Counted from the first letter of the stretch, positions 34,775 through 43,429 are shown. The stretch is 64,000 nucleotides of DNA from Candidatus Humicultor tengchongensis (GCA_031459715.1 JAVKIA010000008.1:5186-69185), one strand, 5' to 3'. The notes: generated by a model from the sequence alone, not told the origin. Numbers and translations: made by a program.

Positions 34775-36322
34775 CTAGGCCTGCGGCGCCACCTCGCGCG
34801 TGGGTATGTGCCCGCCCTCCCGCAGGTAGGTGTAGATCTCCTGGGTCTTGGCGAAGGCGTGGAAGTCGGGCCGGTACTCCTTCTCCAGCTTGTAGTCCAC
34901 CTCCAGGAACTTGTTCAGGGTGACGAAGAAGGCGTACTGCACGATGTAGGAAGCGGTCTCCGGCGCATCCCGGTTCTTGTCCACGAAGAGGTTGATGATG
35001 TCCACCTTGGGCATCAGCGCCGGGTCCAACCCCTCGCTGCGCGCCCGGGACTCCAGCAGGGTGGCCAGGTCGTGCGTGGCCTTCCAGTCCTTGGCCAGGA
35101 CCATGGCCACGTCCAGGTCGTACTCCAGGTCCCCGCTGCCCATGGAGTGGTGCATGGTGGGCCGGTTGTAGACGTTGAACTCCTCGGCCTCGTCCGCCGG
35201 ACGCTCGTCCAGGCGGCAGCCCTCCTTGTCCAGCGGGGAGATGGCAAAGATGGGACAGTTGAGCTCCAGGCTCATCTCCGCCAGGGCCGTGGAGATGAAG
35301 TCGGTGCGCGCCCGCTGGTCGTCCACATACTCGGAGAGCGGGATCTTCTGCAGGTAGTCGAAGAAGATGACGATGTCGGAGGTCTCGAACTCCTGCATCA
35401 GGTTGTAGGCGTGGGCGCGGATGCGGTCCAGGGTGTGCTGCCGCCCCGCCTCCACCACGTAGAGGTAGGGGGCGTAGCGGGCCATCCGCTGCACTGCCTC
35501 GCGCAGCCTGGGGGCGATGGAGCGCCCCTCCGGGTCGGCCCCGGCCAGGATCCAGGTGGGGTTCAGCCCGGTCTCGCGGGCCATCAGCCGGGCTCCCAGG
35601 ACGCGGCGTGTCTGCTCCCAGGTGTAGTAGAGGACCGGGGTGCGGTGGTTGGCGGCGATGAAGGTGGCCAGCTCCAGGGCGAAGTTGGTCTTGCCCCGGC
35701 GGGGCGCTCCGGCCAGCCCGTAGTAGAAGCCGCGGCGCAGCCCGGAGAGGACCTCGTTCAGGCGGTCGAAGGGGCGGATGGAGAATCCCAGCTGGCGCAC
35801 AGGGTCAGAGCGGTCGGCGAACTCCACCAGGTCTCCCAGCGCCGTGGAGACGGGCGCGACCTGCTTGCGCATGCGCCGCTTCTGAATCTCCATAAGCCGG
35901 CCGATGGCCTCGCTGGTTATCTGGATCATGTCCTGCGGCCGGTCTCCCCCCTTGTGCAGGAAGGCCCCCAGCTCCTCGTGCACCTTTTGCAGCAGCTCCC
36001 GGCTCTCCCGCGCCTTGAGCAGGTCCAGGTAGCCGATCACCTGCCCGGCGTTGGGCGGGGTGCGCGCCACCACCGCCCCCACGTACCGCTCCATCTCCGG
36101 AGAGAGCAGCCCGTGGTCGTCCAGGTAGGCGCGCACCGCCACCTCGTCCACCGCGGCGCTGCGCCCGTAGAGGTCGAAGAGGGCCTTCACCAGCCGCTTG
36201 GCCACCGGGGTGGCCAGCAGGTCCGCGTGAAACCCTTCGTTCAGGGCGATAGTTAACAGGTGGCGGTCGCGGAGGAAGCCGCTGAGCAGGGAGGCCTCAA
36301 CGTCGTGGTAGTCCATGCTCAC
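34775..36322 (-). CDS. Divergent DnaB-family hexameric helicase paralog
   Basis: DnaB N-domain pattern (EASLLSGFLRD...TPVAKRLVKALFDLYG...YLDLLKARESRELL). RecA-like core with Walker A GAPRRGKTNFALELA, DnaB-type Walker B IVIFFDYLQKI, and SGDLEYDLDVAMVL (compare E. coli SGSIEQDADLIMF). About 60 extra C-terminal residues. Confidence 0.8.
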   Translation of the reverse strand: MSMDYHDVEASLLSGFLRDRHLLTIALNEGFHADLLATPVAKRLVKALFDLYGRSAAVDEVAVRAYLDDHGLLSPEMERYVGAVVARTPPNAGQVIGYLDLLKARESRELLQKVHEELGAFLHKGGDRPQDMIQITSEAIGRLMEIQKRRMRKQVAPVSTALGDLVEFADRSDPVRQLGFSIRPFDRLNEVLSGLRRGFYYGLAGAPRRGKTNFALELATFIAANHRTPVLYYTWEQTRRVLGARLMARETGLNPTWILAGADPEGRSIAPRLREAVQRMARYAPYLYVVEAGRQHTLDRIRAHAYNLMQEFETSDIVIFFDYLQKIPLSEYVDDQRARTDFISTALAEMSLELNCPIFAISPLDKEGCRLDERPADEAEEFNVYNRPTMHHSMGSGDLEYDLDVAMVLAKDWKATHDLATLLESRARSEGLDPALMPKVDIINLFVDKNRDAPETASYIVQYAFFVTLNKFLEVDYKLEKEYRPDFHAFAKTQEIYTYLREGGHIPTREVAPQA

Positions 36323-36418
36323 TCACCGTCCGCAGGAGGGGCGCGGCGAGCACGCTTCCCGGGAACTTCTGACAAACTCACTGCGCTCTTCGATCAGGTT
36401 TGGATGCAACCGCAGCGG

Positions 36419-36445
36419 ATAGTAGGCTGAACCTCCGCATAGCAA
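36419..36445 (-). promoter_or_regulatory. Candidate promoter for the dnaB-like/merR/pilB string (TTGCTA-15 nt-TACTAT)
   Basis: Read on the minus strand in a locally AT-richer patch of the 228-nt divergent intergenic region. The spacer is short, so this is weak. Confidence 0.2.
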
Positions 36446-36550
36446 GTAGCCATATGCCCACAACCCGGGCCGCCTAGTCGCCGTCTGGTTTGCCCCGCGC
36501 CGGGGCATGAATCCCCTGGACCCAGCACCTCACGTGCCTGCGGAGATCCT

Positions 36551-38839
36551 GTGAGCGACGCCATCCGCCTGGAGGAGTACAAAGCCCGCCTGGGCCTGCC
36601 CCCGGAGGACCGGGTGCTGGAAGCCGCCCTGCGCTACCACGAGGCGCGGGCGAAGGCGCAACAGGGTCCGGTGGAGGAGGCCATCACCCTCTACCGCCGT
36701 CTCCTCGACCTGCTGCCCGACGAGCCCTGGGTCTACGTGGATCTGGTGGACCTGTACCTGCTGCGCGGGGCGACCGAGGAGGCGGTGGGCCTGCTGCTGG
36801 CCCTGGGGGACGTCTACCTCCGCCTGGGGCGCACCGACGGGGTGCTGCGAGCCTACCAGCAGGCGGCGGCCCTGGCCCCCCACGACCCGCAGATCCAGGC
36901 CCGCCTGGCCGCCTCTCCCGCCGCGTCGCCTGAGGCTCCCCCCCTGCCGCGCAGTCCCGCGCCTGCCCCTCCGCCTCCCGTCACCGCCCCGGGCTCCCCG
37001 GACGGGCAGGTGGGACCGCCTTCGTCGGGGCCCATGCCGACCCGGCCCACGCAGATGAAGCCCGCCGAGAGCACACCCTCCGCCCCCGGCCCGACACAGG
37101 CCGGGACGGAGGCGCGGCCCCAGGCCCCGGTGCGGCGCGGCACCCGGGTGGGGGGGCGGCGCACCGAGACCCTGGGGACGGTGCTGCAGGAGATGGGGCT
37201 GCTCACCCCCGAGCAGCTCTCCCAGGCCCTGGAGATCCAGAGCCGCACCGGGGAACGGCTGGGGCAGATCCTCCTGGACATGAAGGTGATCACCGAGGTG
37301 CAGCTGGCGCAGGCCATGGGCCGCCAGTGGGGCTACCGCTACGTCAACCTGACCGAGGTGAAGGTGGACCCCGACGCGGTGAAGCTTATCCCCCACTCCC
37401 TGGCCCTGCGGCTGCGGGTGATGCCCGTGACCTGGGAGCGCGGCCGGCTGGTGCTGGCCATGATCGACCCCTTAAACGTCATCGCCGTGGACGACGTCCG
37501 CCTGATGACCGGGCAGGAGGTGGAGCCGGTCATCACCACCGAGGACGACCTGCTGGCGGCCATCAACCGCCACTACCAGATGGAGACGGCCAGCGAGGCG
37601 GTGGCGCAGGAGGCCCTGGAGACGGCCGAGTCCAGCGAGGACGAGGTCTCCATCGAGCTATTGAAGACCCTGGTCGAGGACGCTCCTGTGGTCCGCCTGC
37701 TGAACACCATCATCGACGAGGGCATCCGCCAGGGGGCCAGCGACATCCACATCGAGCCGCAGCGGACCGGCCTGCTGGTGCGCTACCGCATCGACGGGGT
37801 GCTGCACGACGTGATGAAGCCGCCGCGGGACGTGCGCGCCGCCCTCATCTCCCGGGCCAAGATCATGGCCGACCTGGACATCGCCGAGCGGCGCCGCCCG
37901 CAGGACGGGCGCATCCACTACAAGTCCCCCAGCCGCACCGTGGACCTGCGGGTCTCCACCCTGCCCACCATCTTCGGGGAGAAAGTGGTGATGCGCATCC
38001 TGGACCAGTCCACCCCGCTCATTGGCCTTAACCGGCTGGGCTTCCACAGCGACACGCTGCGCCAGTGGGAGCAGGCCATCAGCACCCCCTACGGGATGAT
38101 CCTGGTCACCGGACCCACCGGCAGCGGCAAGACTACCACCCTCTACGCCACCCTGGGGACCATCAACAGCCTGGAGAAGAACATCGTCACCGTGGAGGAC
38201 CCGGTGGAGTACCAGTTGCCGCGGATCAACCAGGTGCAGGTCAATGTCAAAGCCGGGCTGACTTTCGCCAGCGCCCTGCGCAGCATCCTCCGCCAGGACC
38301 CGGACATAGTCATGGTGGGGGAGATGCGCGACCGGGAGACCGCGGAGATCGGCGTGCAGGCGGCCCTCACCGGGCACCTGGTTCTCTCCACCCTGCACAC
38401 CAACGACGCCGCCTCGGCCATCACCCGGCTGGTGGACATGGGGATCGAGCCCTTCCTGGTGGCTTCCTCCACCGTGGCCATCCTGGCGCAGCGCCTGGCC
38501 CGCCAGATCTGCCCCCACTGCAAGATCGCCTACACCCCGCCCCCCGACGCGCTGAAGCGGCTGGGACTGGACCCGCAGCGGGAGGTCTCCCTCTTCCGCG
38601 GCCAGGGGTGCGAGGAGTGCCGCTTCACAGGCTATCGGGGACGCATCGGCGTCTTCGAGCTGCTGATGATGAGCGACGCCATCCGCGAGCTGGTGGTGCG
38701 GCGCGCCCCCTCCTCGGAGATCAAGGCTCTGGCTGTGCGGGAGGGGATGCAGACCCTGCGCGATGACGGCCTGGAGAAGGTCCTCTCCGGCGTCTCCACC
38801 ATCGATGAGATCCTGCGGGTGGTCTACGTCGCCGACTGA
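36551..38839 (+). CDS. pilB: PilB/GspE-type ATPase (copy 2) with a long TPR-like + Pro-rich N-terminal extension
   Basis: GTG start lies 5 nt after GGAGA. GPTGSGKTTT, VMVGEMRDRETA, LTGHLVLSTLHTN and CPHCK...GCEECR are present. Residues 1-115 are helical TPR-like and 120-205 are Pro-rich. Confidence 0.9.
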   Translation: MSDAIRLEEYKARLGLPPEDRVLEAALRYHEARAKAQQGPVEEAITLYRRLLDLLPDEPWVYVDLVDLYLLRGATEEAVGLLLALGDVYLRLGRTDGVLRAYQQAAALAPHDPQIQARLAASPAASPEAPPLPRSPAPAPPPPVTAPGSPDGQVGPPSSGPMPTRPTQMKPAESTPSAPGPTQAGTEARPQAPVRRGTRVGGRRTETLGTVLQEMGLLTPEQLSQALEIQSRTGERLGQILLDMKVITEVQLAQAMGRQWGYRYVNLTEVKVDPDAVKLIPHSLALRLRVMPVTWERGRLVLAMIDPLNVIAVDDVRLMTGQEVEPVITTEDDLLAAINRHYQMETASEAVAQEALETAESSEDEVSIELLKTLVEDAPVVRLLNTIIDEGIRQGASDIHIEPQRTGLLVRYRIDGVLHDVMKPPRDVRAALISRAKIMADLDIAERRRPQDGRIHYKSPSRTVDLRVSTLPTIFGEKVVMRILDQSTPLIGLNRLGFHSDTLRQWEQAISTPYGMILVTGPTGSGKTTTLYATLGTINSLEKNIVTVEDPVEYQLPRINQVQVNVKAGLTFASALRSILRQDPDIVMVGEMRDRETAEIGVQAALTGHLVLSTLHTNDAASAITRLVDMGIEPFLVASSTVAILAQRLARQICPHCKIAYTPPPDALKRLGLDPQREVSLFRGQGCEECRFTGYRGRIGVFELLMMSDAIRELVVRRAPSSEIKALAVREGMQTLRDDGLEKVLSGVSTIDEILRVVYVAD

Positions 38840-39828
38840 CCGCGCCGGGCCGCCCGGCCGGAGCGTCCAATGACGCGCGGCTGCGGCACTTGCCAGAGGC
38901 CGGAGATGGGCAGGGCATACAGGTTGTCCCCAAAGGGCACAGCCTCCTCGCCGAAGTAGAGGAGGATTCCCCGGAGGAAGCGCCGCCCGGCGGCCTGGGC
39001 CAGGACGCGCAACCCCCGGAAGTCGCCGGCGTCGATGGAGACGGCCGCCTTGATCTCCACGCCGACCACTCTGCCGTCGGGGGCCTCCAGGACCACGTCC
39101 ACCTCCTCCCCCCGCGCGGTACGGAAGTGGTACAGCGAGCAGCGCGTGGCGCTCCACCCGGTCTGCTTGAGCAATTCAACGACCACAAACGCCTCGACAA
39201 ACGCTCCCCACAGTTCCACGTTCGCCAGCATGCCCCGACTGTCCAGCCCCACCAGATGCGCGGCGAGCCCGGTGTCAACCAGCAGGATCTTGGGGGACTT
39301 CAGCAGGCGCCGGCGCACCCCCGGCGTCCACGCCGGCAAGAGATACAGGAGGAATGCTGTCTGCAGGAGCGCCAGGTACCGCTGCAGGGTGGTCAGCGGA
39401 ATTCCCAGGGTGCGGGAGAGGTCGGCGGCATTCAGCAGGGCCCCCATCCGCCCCGCCAGCGCGCTGAGCAACCGCGGGACCTCGTGCAGCCGCTCGATCG
39501 CCGCCAGGTCGCGCACGGTGCGCTGCGATATCGTGGTAAGGTAGGAGCGGAACCATGCGGGACGACGGGAGGAGGCCCGGAGGACAACCTGGGGGAATCC
39601 CCCGCAGGCGATACGCCGCGCTACCTCTTCCCGAGGCACCACGGTGGCCCGCAGGGAAAATGTGGAAGCAAAGGCCCGATCAATGAAGTCCTCGACCACA
39701 CCGTCGATCTCGCCCTGCGAGAGTGGCCACAGGGTGAGGACCTCCATACGCCCGACCAGGGACTCGGACAGGCGGGGGAGCAGCAAGACATTCGCGGAGC
39801 CCGTGAGCAGCGGGTGAAATTCACCCAC
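38824..39828 (-). pseudogene. 5'-truncated AAA_14/DUF4143-family ATPase remnant
   Basis: The ORF begins at ...GEFHPLLTGSANVLLLPRLSESLVGRMEVLTLWPLSQGE, the end of the AAA_14 domain, and continues through DUF4143 (KILLVDTGLAAHL...). The Walker A/B region (about 100 aa) is missing. Only 38 nt separate it from the upstream gene. Confidence 0.6.
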
Positions 39829-39866
39829 TTAACGGCTAGATTGCGCTTCTATCGCAGATCTTTGCG

Positions 39867-41237
39867 TTACTGGTCTTTCCAGGCGCGCAGCCGGGTGAAG
39901 CTGCCGTAGGTGGGCGAAGCGATCTCCGCCGTGGGGTCGTAGGTGAAGACGAAGTCGCGGTCCACATCCACCGTCTGAGCCAGGACGGCGCCGTACATCT
40001 TGCCGATGTAGCCCACGGCTCGGTCCTCGTCCCAGCGCCCGTTGGGCACGATGAACGTGCCCACCACGATACTGGCCCGGTCGATCTGCACCGCGGCGGG
40101 ATCCTGGGCGGTGGAGCGGACGTAGATGCGCAGGCGGCCGGCGGGAGCCGGCTGGGGCGTCTCGGCGGTATCCGTGGGCAGCATGCCGAAGCGGCCGTAC
40201 TGCCCGACAACCAGCCCCTGGCTGCTGAGCTCGGCCACACGCAGCTCCACCTTCCCCTCCCCCAGCAGGATCAGCCGGCCGCAGCGGCCCAGGCGCAGGG
40301 TGCGCACGTTGACCACGGTGGTGGTACCGGCCGCGCCGGTGTCGATGCGCAGGTCCGTGAAGGGCGTAGCACCGGTGCAGCCGCCCGACTCTCCGGCCGC
40401 CTCCAGGACGATCTCGTCCCAGTCGTACCCGGTGGTGGCGTCCATGGTCCACCCCGCGGTGGTCACGGTGCGGTCGTTGGTTCCGGGGGAGAACTCGGGC
40501 AGCGCCACCGTCGGGCAGATGGGGCCGGGGGCGTAAGGCGTGGTCGTCCCCTGGACCTGGGTGGCGCACCCCTGCGAGCAGGTGATGGGACCCGTGGCCC
40601 GGGCGCTGCCCGTGTAGTAGCCGTTGTTGGTGTACGGCGGCGGGGGATCGGCGCGCACCCGAGCCGGGCTGCTGGCCGGGCCGAGCAGGCTGATGGAGCC
40701 GTCGGCGGCCACGTCCCCGTAGATGGTGATACCCTGGTTCACCGTGACCGAGGTGTAGGCGCAGATGACGTAGGGGCTTGTGCCCTGCGGAAACCCCTCC
40801 ACCGTCACCACCACTGTGCGGGTGGGCCCGGGCACAGACAGCGTGGCCACGGAGACGATGCGGCGGAAGGCGGCGGTGGCGCCGCTGCACGGCGGGGGCT
40901 GGCCGTCCAGGCAGCTAACGGTGACCGCCGCGCTGCCCAGCACGCTGCCTCCGGCCTCCAGGGTAACGGTCTCTCCCCGGTAGCCCACCGCCCCTGGCTG
41001 CTGCAGCCGCCCCAGCGCGTAGTGGATACCCGCCTCGGCGATGTTGAAGACGCGCACCGCCTGCAGCTGCCGGATACCCGCGGAGAGGTCGGCGGCGATG
41101 AAGCGCATCACCCCCAGGGTGATCACGGTGACAAGCCCCATCATCAGGAGGATGTACATCATCACCGACCCGGCGGCGGTGCCGGGGACGCCGACCGCGG
41201 TAGGGCTAGATGTCCTCGTTGGGGTTCTTCCAGGCAT
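39867..41237 (-). CDS. PilX-N-domain pilus protein (set C, 456 aa)
   Basis: ...GSVMMYILLMMGLVTVITLGVMRFIAADLSAGIRQLQAVRVFNIAEAGIHYAL is a PilX-like N-terminus. The start is uncertain (ATG 41237 overlaps the upstream gene by 32 nt; alternatives near 41165). Confidence 0.65.
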   Translation of the reverse strand: MPGRTPTRTSSPTAVGVPGTAAGSVMMYILLMMGLVTVITLGVMRFIAADLSAGIRQLQAVRVFNIAEAGIHYALGRLQQPGAVGYRGETVTLEAGGSVLGSAAVTVSCLDGQPPPCSGATAAFRRIVSVATLSVPGPTRTVVVTVEGFPQGTSPYVICAYTSVTVNQGITIYGDVAADGSISLLGPASSPARVRADPPPPYTNNGYYTGSARATGPITCSQGCATQVQGTTTPYAPGPICPTVALPEFSPGTNDRTVTTAGWTMDATTGYDWDEIVLEAAGESGGCTGATPFTDLRIDTGAAGTTTVVNVRTLRLGRCGRLILLGEGKVELRVAELSSQGLVVGQYGRFGMLPTDTAETPQPAPAGRLRIYVRSTAQDPAAVQIDRASIVVGTFIVPNGRWDEDRAVGYIGKMYGAVLAQTVDVDRDFVFTYDPTAEIASPTYGSFTRLRAWKDQ

Positions 41238-41961
41238 TGGCGTTGGGCTCGGGGTTGCGCAGCATCACGTCGCGCGTCCAGGTCTGGGCCTGCACGCCGG
41301 AGGAGCCCTGCGACGCCTGGACCGTGAGCGTGATTCGTATCAGGCGGATGCGCCGGATCTCTGCTGGGGAGGCCAGGTCCACTACCCGCAGGCCGGCGCT
41401 GGAGTAGTAGTCGAAGGTCAGGGCCGTCACCGTGACCCGAGGGTCGGAGAGGGGGATGGTAACCGGTGCGGCCCCCGGGGCGCAGGACTGCTGGTATTCC
41501 AGGACGACCTGGGTGCCCGTCTCCGGATCGGGACCCAGGAAGTAGCCCAGGGTGATCACCTCGTTGCCGGCGACCGTATCGCTGTTCAGGATCTCCCCGC
41601 TGACGTATACCGCCGTCGCTGTGGGCCGCAGGGCGGCGTCTTCAGCCACGACCATGTCCCGGCAGCGCGCCTCGCTCTGCTCTGCGGGGACCAGGTTCAA
41701 CCCGGCGTTGCGCAGCCGCTCCGACATCCACTCCAGGGTCTGCCGCGCCGTCTCTGTGTCGGCAGAGCGCACCGCCACGATGAGCTTGCTGCGGACCGCC
41801 GCCCCCACCAGCGTGGTCATGGATCCCGCCAGCGCCGCCATCAGTCCCATCACCACCAGCACCTCGATCAGGGTCATCCCGGCGGGACCGGGCCGGGATA
41901 CCCGTCCGGCCCTCGCTGCAGGGAGACGGGGCACGCTAGGGCGTGCTGAAGTTGGCCACAT
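41206..41961 (-). CDS. PilW-like prepilin-type minor pilin (set C)
   Basis: ...RPGPAG|MTLIEVLVVMGLMAALAGSM is a prepilin motif with Met at +1. The start is ATG 41961, or GTG 41934. Confidence 0.72.
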   Translation of the reverse strand: MWPTSARPSVPRLPAARAGRVSRPGPAGMTLIEVLVVMGLMAALAGSMTTLVGAAVRSKLIVAVRSADTETARQTLEWMSERLRNAGLNLVPAEQSEARCRDMVVAEDAALRPTATAVYVSGEILNSDTVAGNEVITLGYFLGPDPETGTQVVLEYQQSCAPGAAPVTIPLSDPRVTVTALTFDYYSSAGLRVVDLASPAEIRRIRLIRITLTVQASQGSSGVQAQTWTRDVMLRNPEPNANAWKNPNEDI

Positions 41962-42379
41962 AGGTACTGAGGATGGTATACGGCGGGGAGTCCGCCCGCT
42001 CGTAAAGCATGACCGTCAGCTTGCGCAGCGGTGGATCCGTAATGTCCCGGGCCTGGATCACGGCGTGGTGAAACCCCGCAGGGATCCGCGGCTCGGTGAG
42101 GTCGCCGTAGGTGGTATACCCGCCGTCGTGGGTCAGGGTGCGGGTCCCGGCGGCCACATCATCGGCCAGGAAGGAGTAGCCCTGCAGGCGCAGGTAGTCC
42201 AGCTCGGCCTGCACCCAGGCCGCGGCCTCAGCCCTCACCTTCCCCCGGCGCGCCTCGGTCATGCCGTAGAGCAGCCCGCCCAGGACCGTGGTGGCCATCA
42301 GGGCCAGCACGGTGGTAGCCACGACCAGCTCCACCAGGGTGAAGCCCGCCTCGTCTTCCCCGACGCGGGGGATCAGCAC
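41936..42379 (-). CDS. PilV-like prepilin-type minor pilin (set C)
   Basis: MLIPRVGEDEAG|FTLVELVVATTVLALMATTVL. Confidence 0.8.
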   Translation of the reverse strand: MLIPRVGEDEAGFTLVELVVATTVLALMATTVLGGLLYGMTEARRGKVRAEAAAWVQAELDYLRLQGYSFLADDVAAGTRTLTHDGGYTTYGDLTEPRIPAGFHHAVIQARDITDPPLRKLTVMLYERADSPPYTILSTYVANFSTP

Positions 42380-42388
42380 CGCTGCACC

Positions 42389-42877
42389 TCAGGGCTCGCT
42401 GTAGGACACCCGACCCGTGCCCTGGGTGATGCGCACGGTATATGTGCGCCCGGTGGTGGTGTTGGTCACGGTAATGGTGCCCGCGGCCAGGGGCACGCCG
42501 CGGCGGTTGAAAGAGCAAGCAGCCGCCGGGCAGGTGGTGCTGAGGACGATGTCCTCGGGAAGGAGGGCCTGGCGCAGCGTCCCTCCGTCGGCGGCGCCGA
42601 CGGTGTAGGCGTGGGAGGTGATGCTGACCGTCACCGTGGTGCGGCGCGTCAGGGCGGCCTGGCGGGCGGCGGCGATGTCGTAGGTTATGGTGCGCACCCA
42701 GCCGTCCACCCGCTCTCGGGCCAGGGCCCCGCGCACGCCGGAGATGCTCATCCCCACCACGACGCCCAGTACGCTGATCACGATCACGCTCTCCAGGGTG
42801 GAGAGGCCTGATGCGGTCCAGACAGGGCACACCTTCCAGCACCGGCGGGCGGCGCGGCGCGACCCGGATGGCGACAT
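42389..42877 (-). CDS. FimT/GspH-like minor pseudopilin (set C)
   Basis: ...VWTASG|LSTLESVIVISVLGVVVGMSI has Leu at +1 and Glu at +5. A GspH-like C-terminal domain follows. Confidence 0.72.
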   Translation of the reverse strand: MSPSGSRRAARRCWKVCPVWTASGLSTLESVIVISVLGVVVGMSISGVRGALARERVDGWVRTITYDIAAARQAALTRRTTVTVSITSHAYTVGAADGGTLRQALLPEDIVLSTTCPAAACSFNRRGVPLAAGTITVTNTTTGRTYTVRITQGTGRVSYSEP

Positions 42878-42948
42878 GGCTCTGACGACCTTCCCGTTGC
42901 TGCTCCGCAGGCATTATGCCCGCCGCTGCCCGCCCATAGACACGCCGC

Positions 42949-42981
42949 GGGGGCGTGGACCGGGTGGGAGTCCACGCCCCC
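42949..42981 (-). terminator. Perfect 12-bp GC hairpin (GGGGGCGTGGAC-9 nt-GTCCACGCCCCC) between the Roadblock gene and minor-pilin set C
   Basis: Read directly. No U-tract follows, so a terminator role is uncertain. Confidence 0.3.
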
Positions 42982-43058
42982 ATGCGACGCGGGGGGGCGG
43001 GGTACGATCTCGCACTCCGCGGACTTGCCGCCCTGCAATCCGCGGGGGCGCCCGGATC

Positions 43059-43412
43059 TCAGACCAGCGCCGCGGCCAGCTGGCTGTTGCGCTTCATCTC
43101 CAGACGGATGCGCCCCAGGTTACAGCGGGCATTGCCCACCACCACCAGCAGGGCATCAGGGCCGGCCGGCCCTACGGCCACGGGCCCCTCCTCGAACTCC
43201 ATGAGAAGGCCGCGCATCATCCCGCGCACCATCTCGGTGCCCATGGCCTCCGCCGCCGCCACGTTGCTGGCCACGATGGCGGCGATCCCCTCCAGGTCCA
43301 CATCCTCGGTGGTGATGCCTTCAATGACGAAGCCGTCGCGGCCCACGACCAGCACCGCCAGCACGCCCTCCACCTTGGCCAGCTCCGCCAGGACGTCCTT
43401 GATCTGTGACAT
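43059..43412 (-). CDS. Roadblock/LC7 (MglB-like) domain protein
   Basis: MSQIKDVLAELAKVEGVLAVLVVGRDGFVIEG...ALLVVVGNARCNLGRIRLEMKR matches the Roadblock pattern. ATG at 43412 lies 8 nt after GGGAGGA. Confidence 0.75.
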   Translation of the reverse strand: MSQIKDVLAELAKVEGVLAVLVVGRDGFVIEGITTEDVDLEGIAAIVASNVAAAEAMGTEMVRGMMRGLLMEFEEGPVAVGPAGPDALLVVVGNARCNLGRIRLEMKRNSQLAAALV

Positions 43413-43429
43413 CGTCCGGATCCTCCCGT

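Noticed and set aside
33903-36322. The DnaB-like helicase + short MerR/excisionase-like HTH as a prophage or integrative-element remnant.
   Set aside because: There is no integrase, primase, terminase, att-like repeats or compositional shift around it. The genes are co-oriented and tightly linked with the pilus genes. This cannot be fully excluded without comparative genomics, so it is kept as a finding with that caveat.
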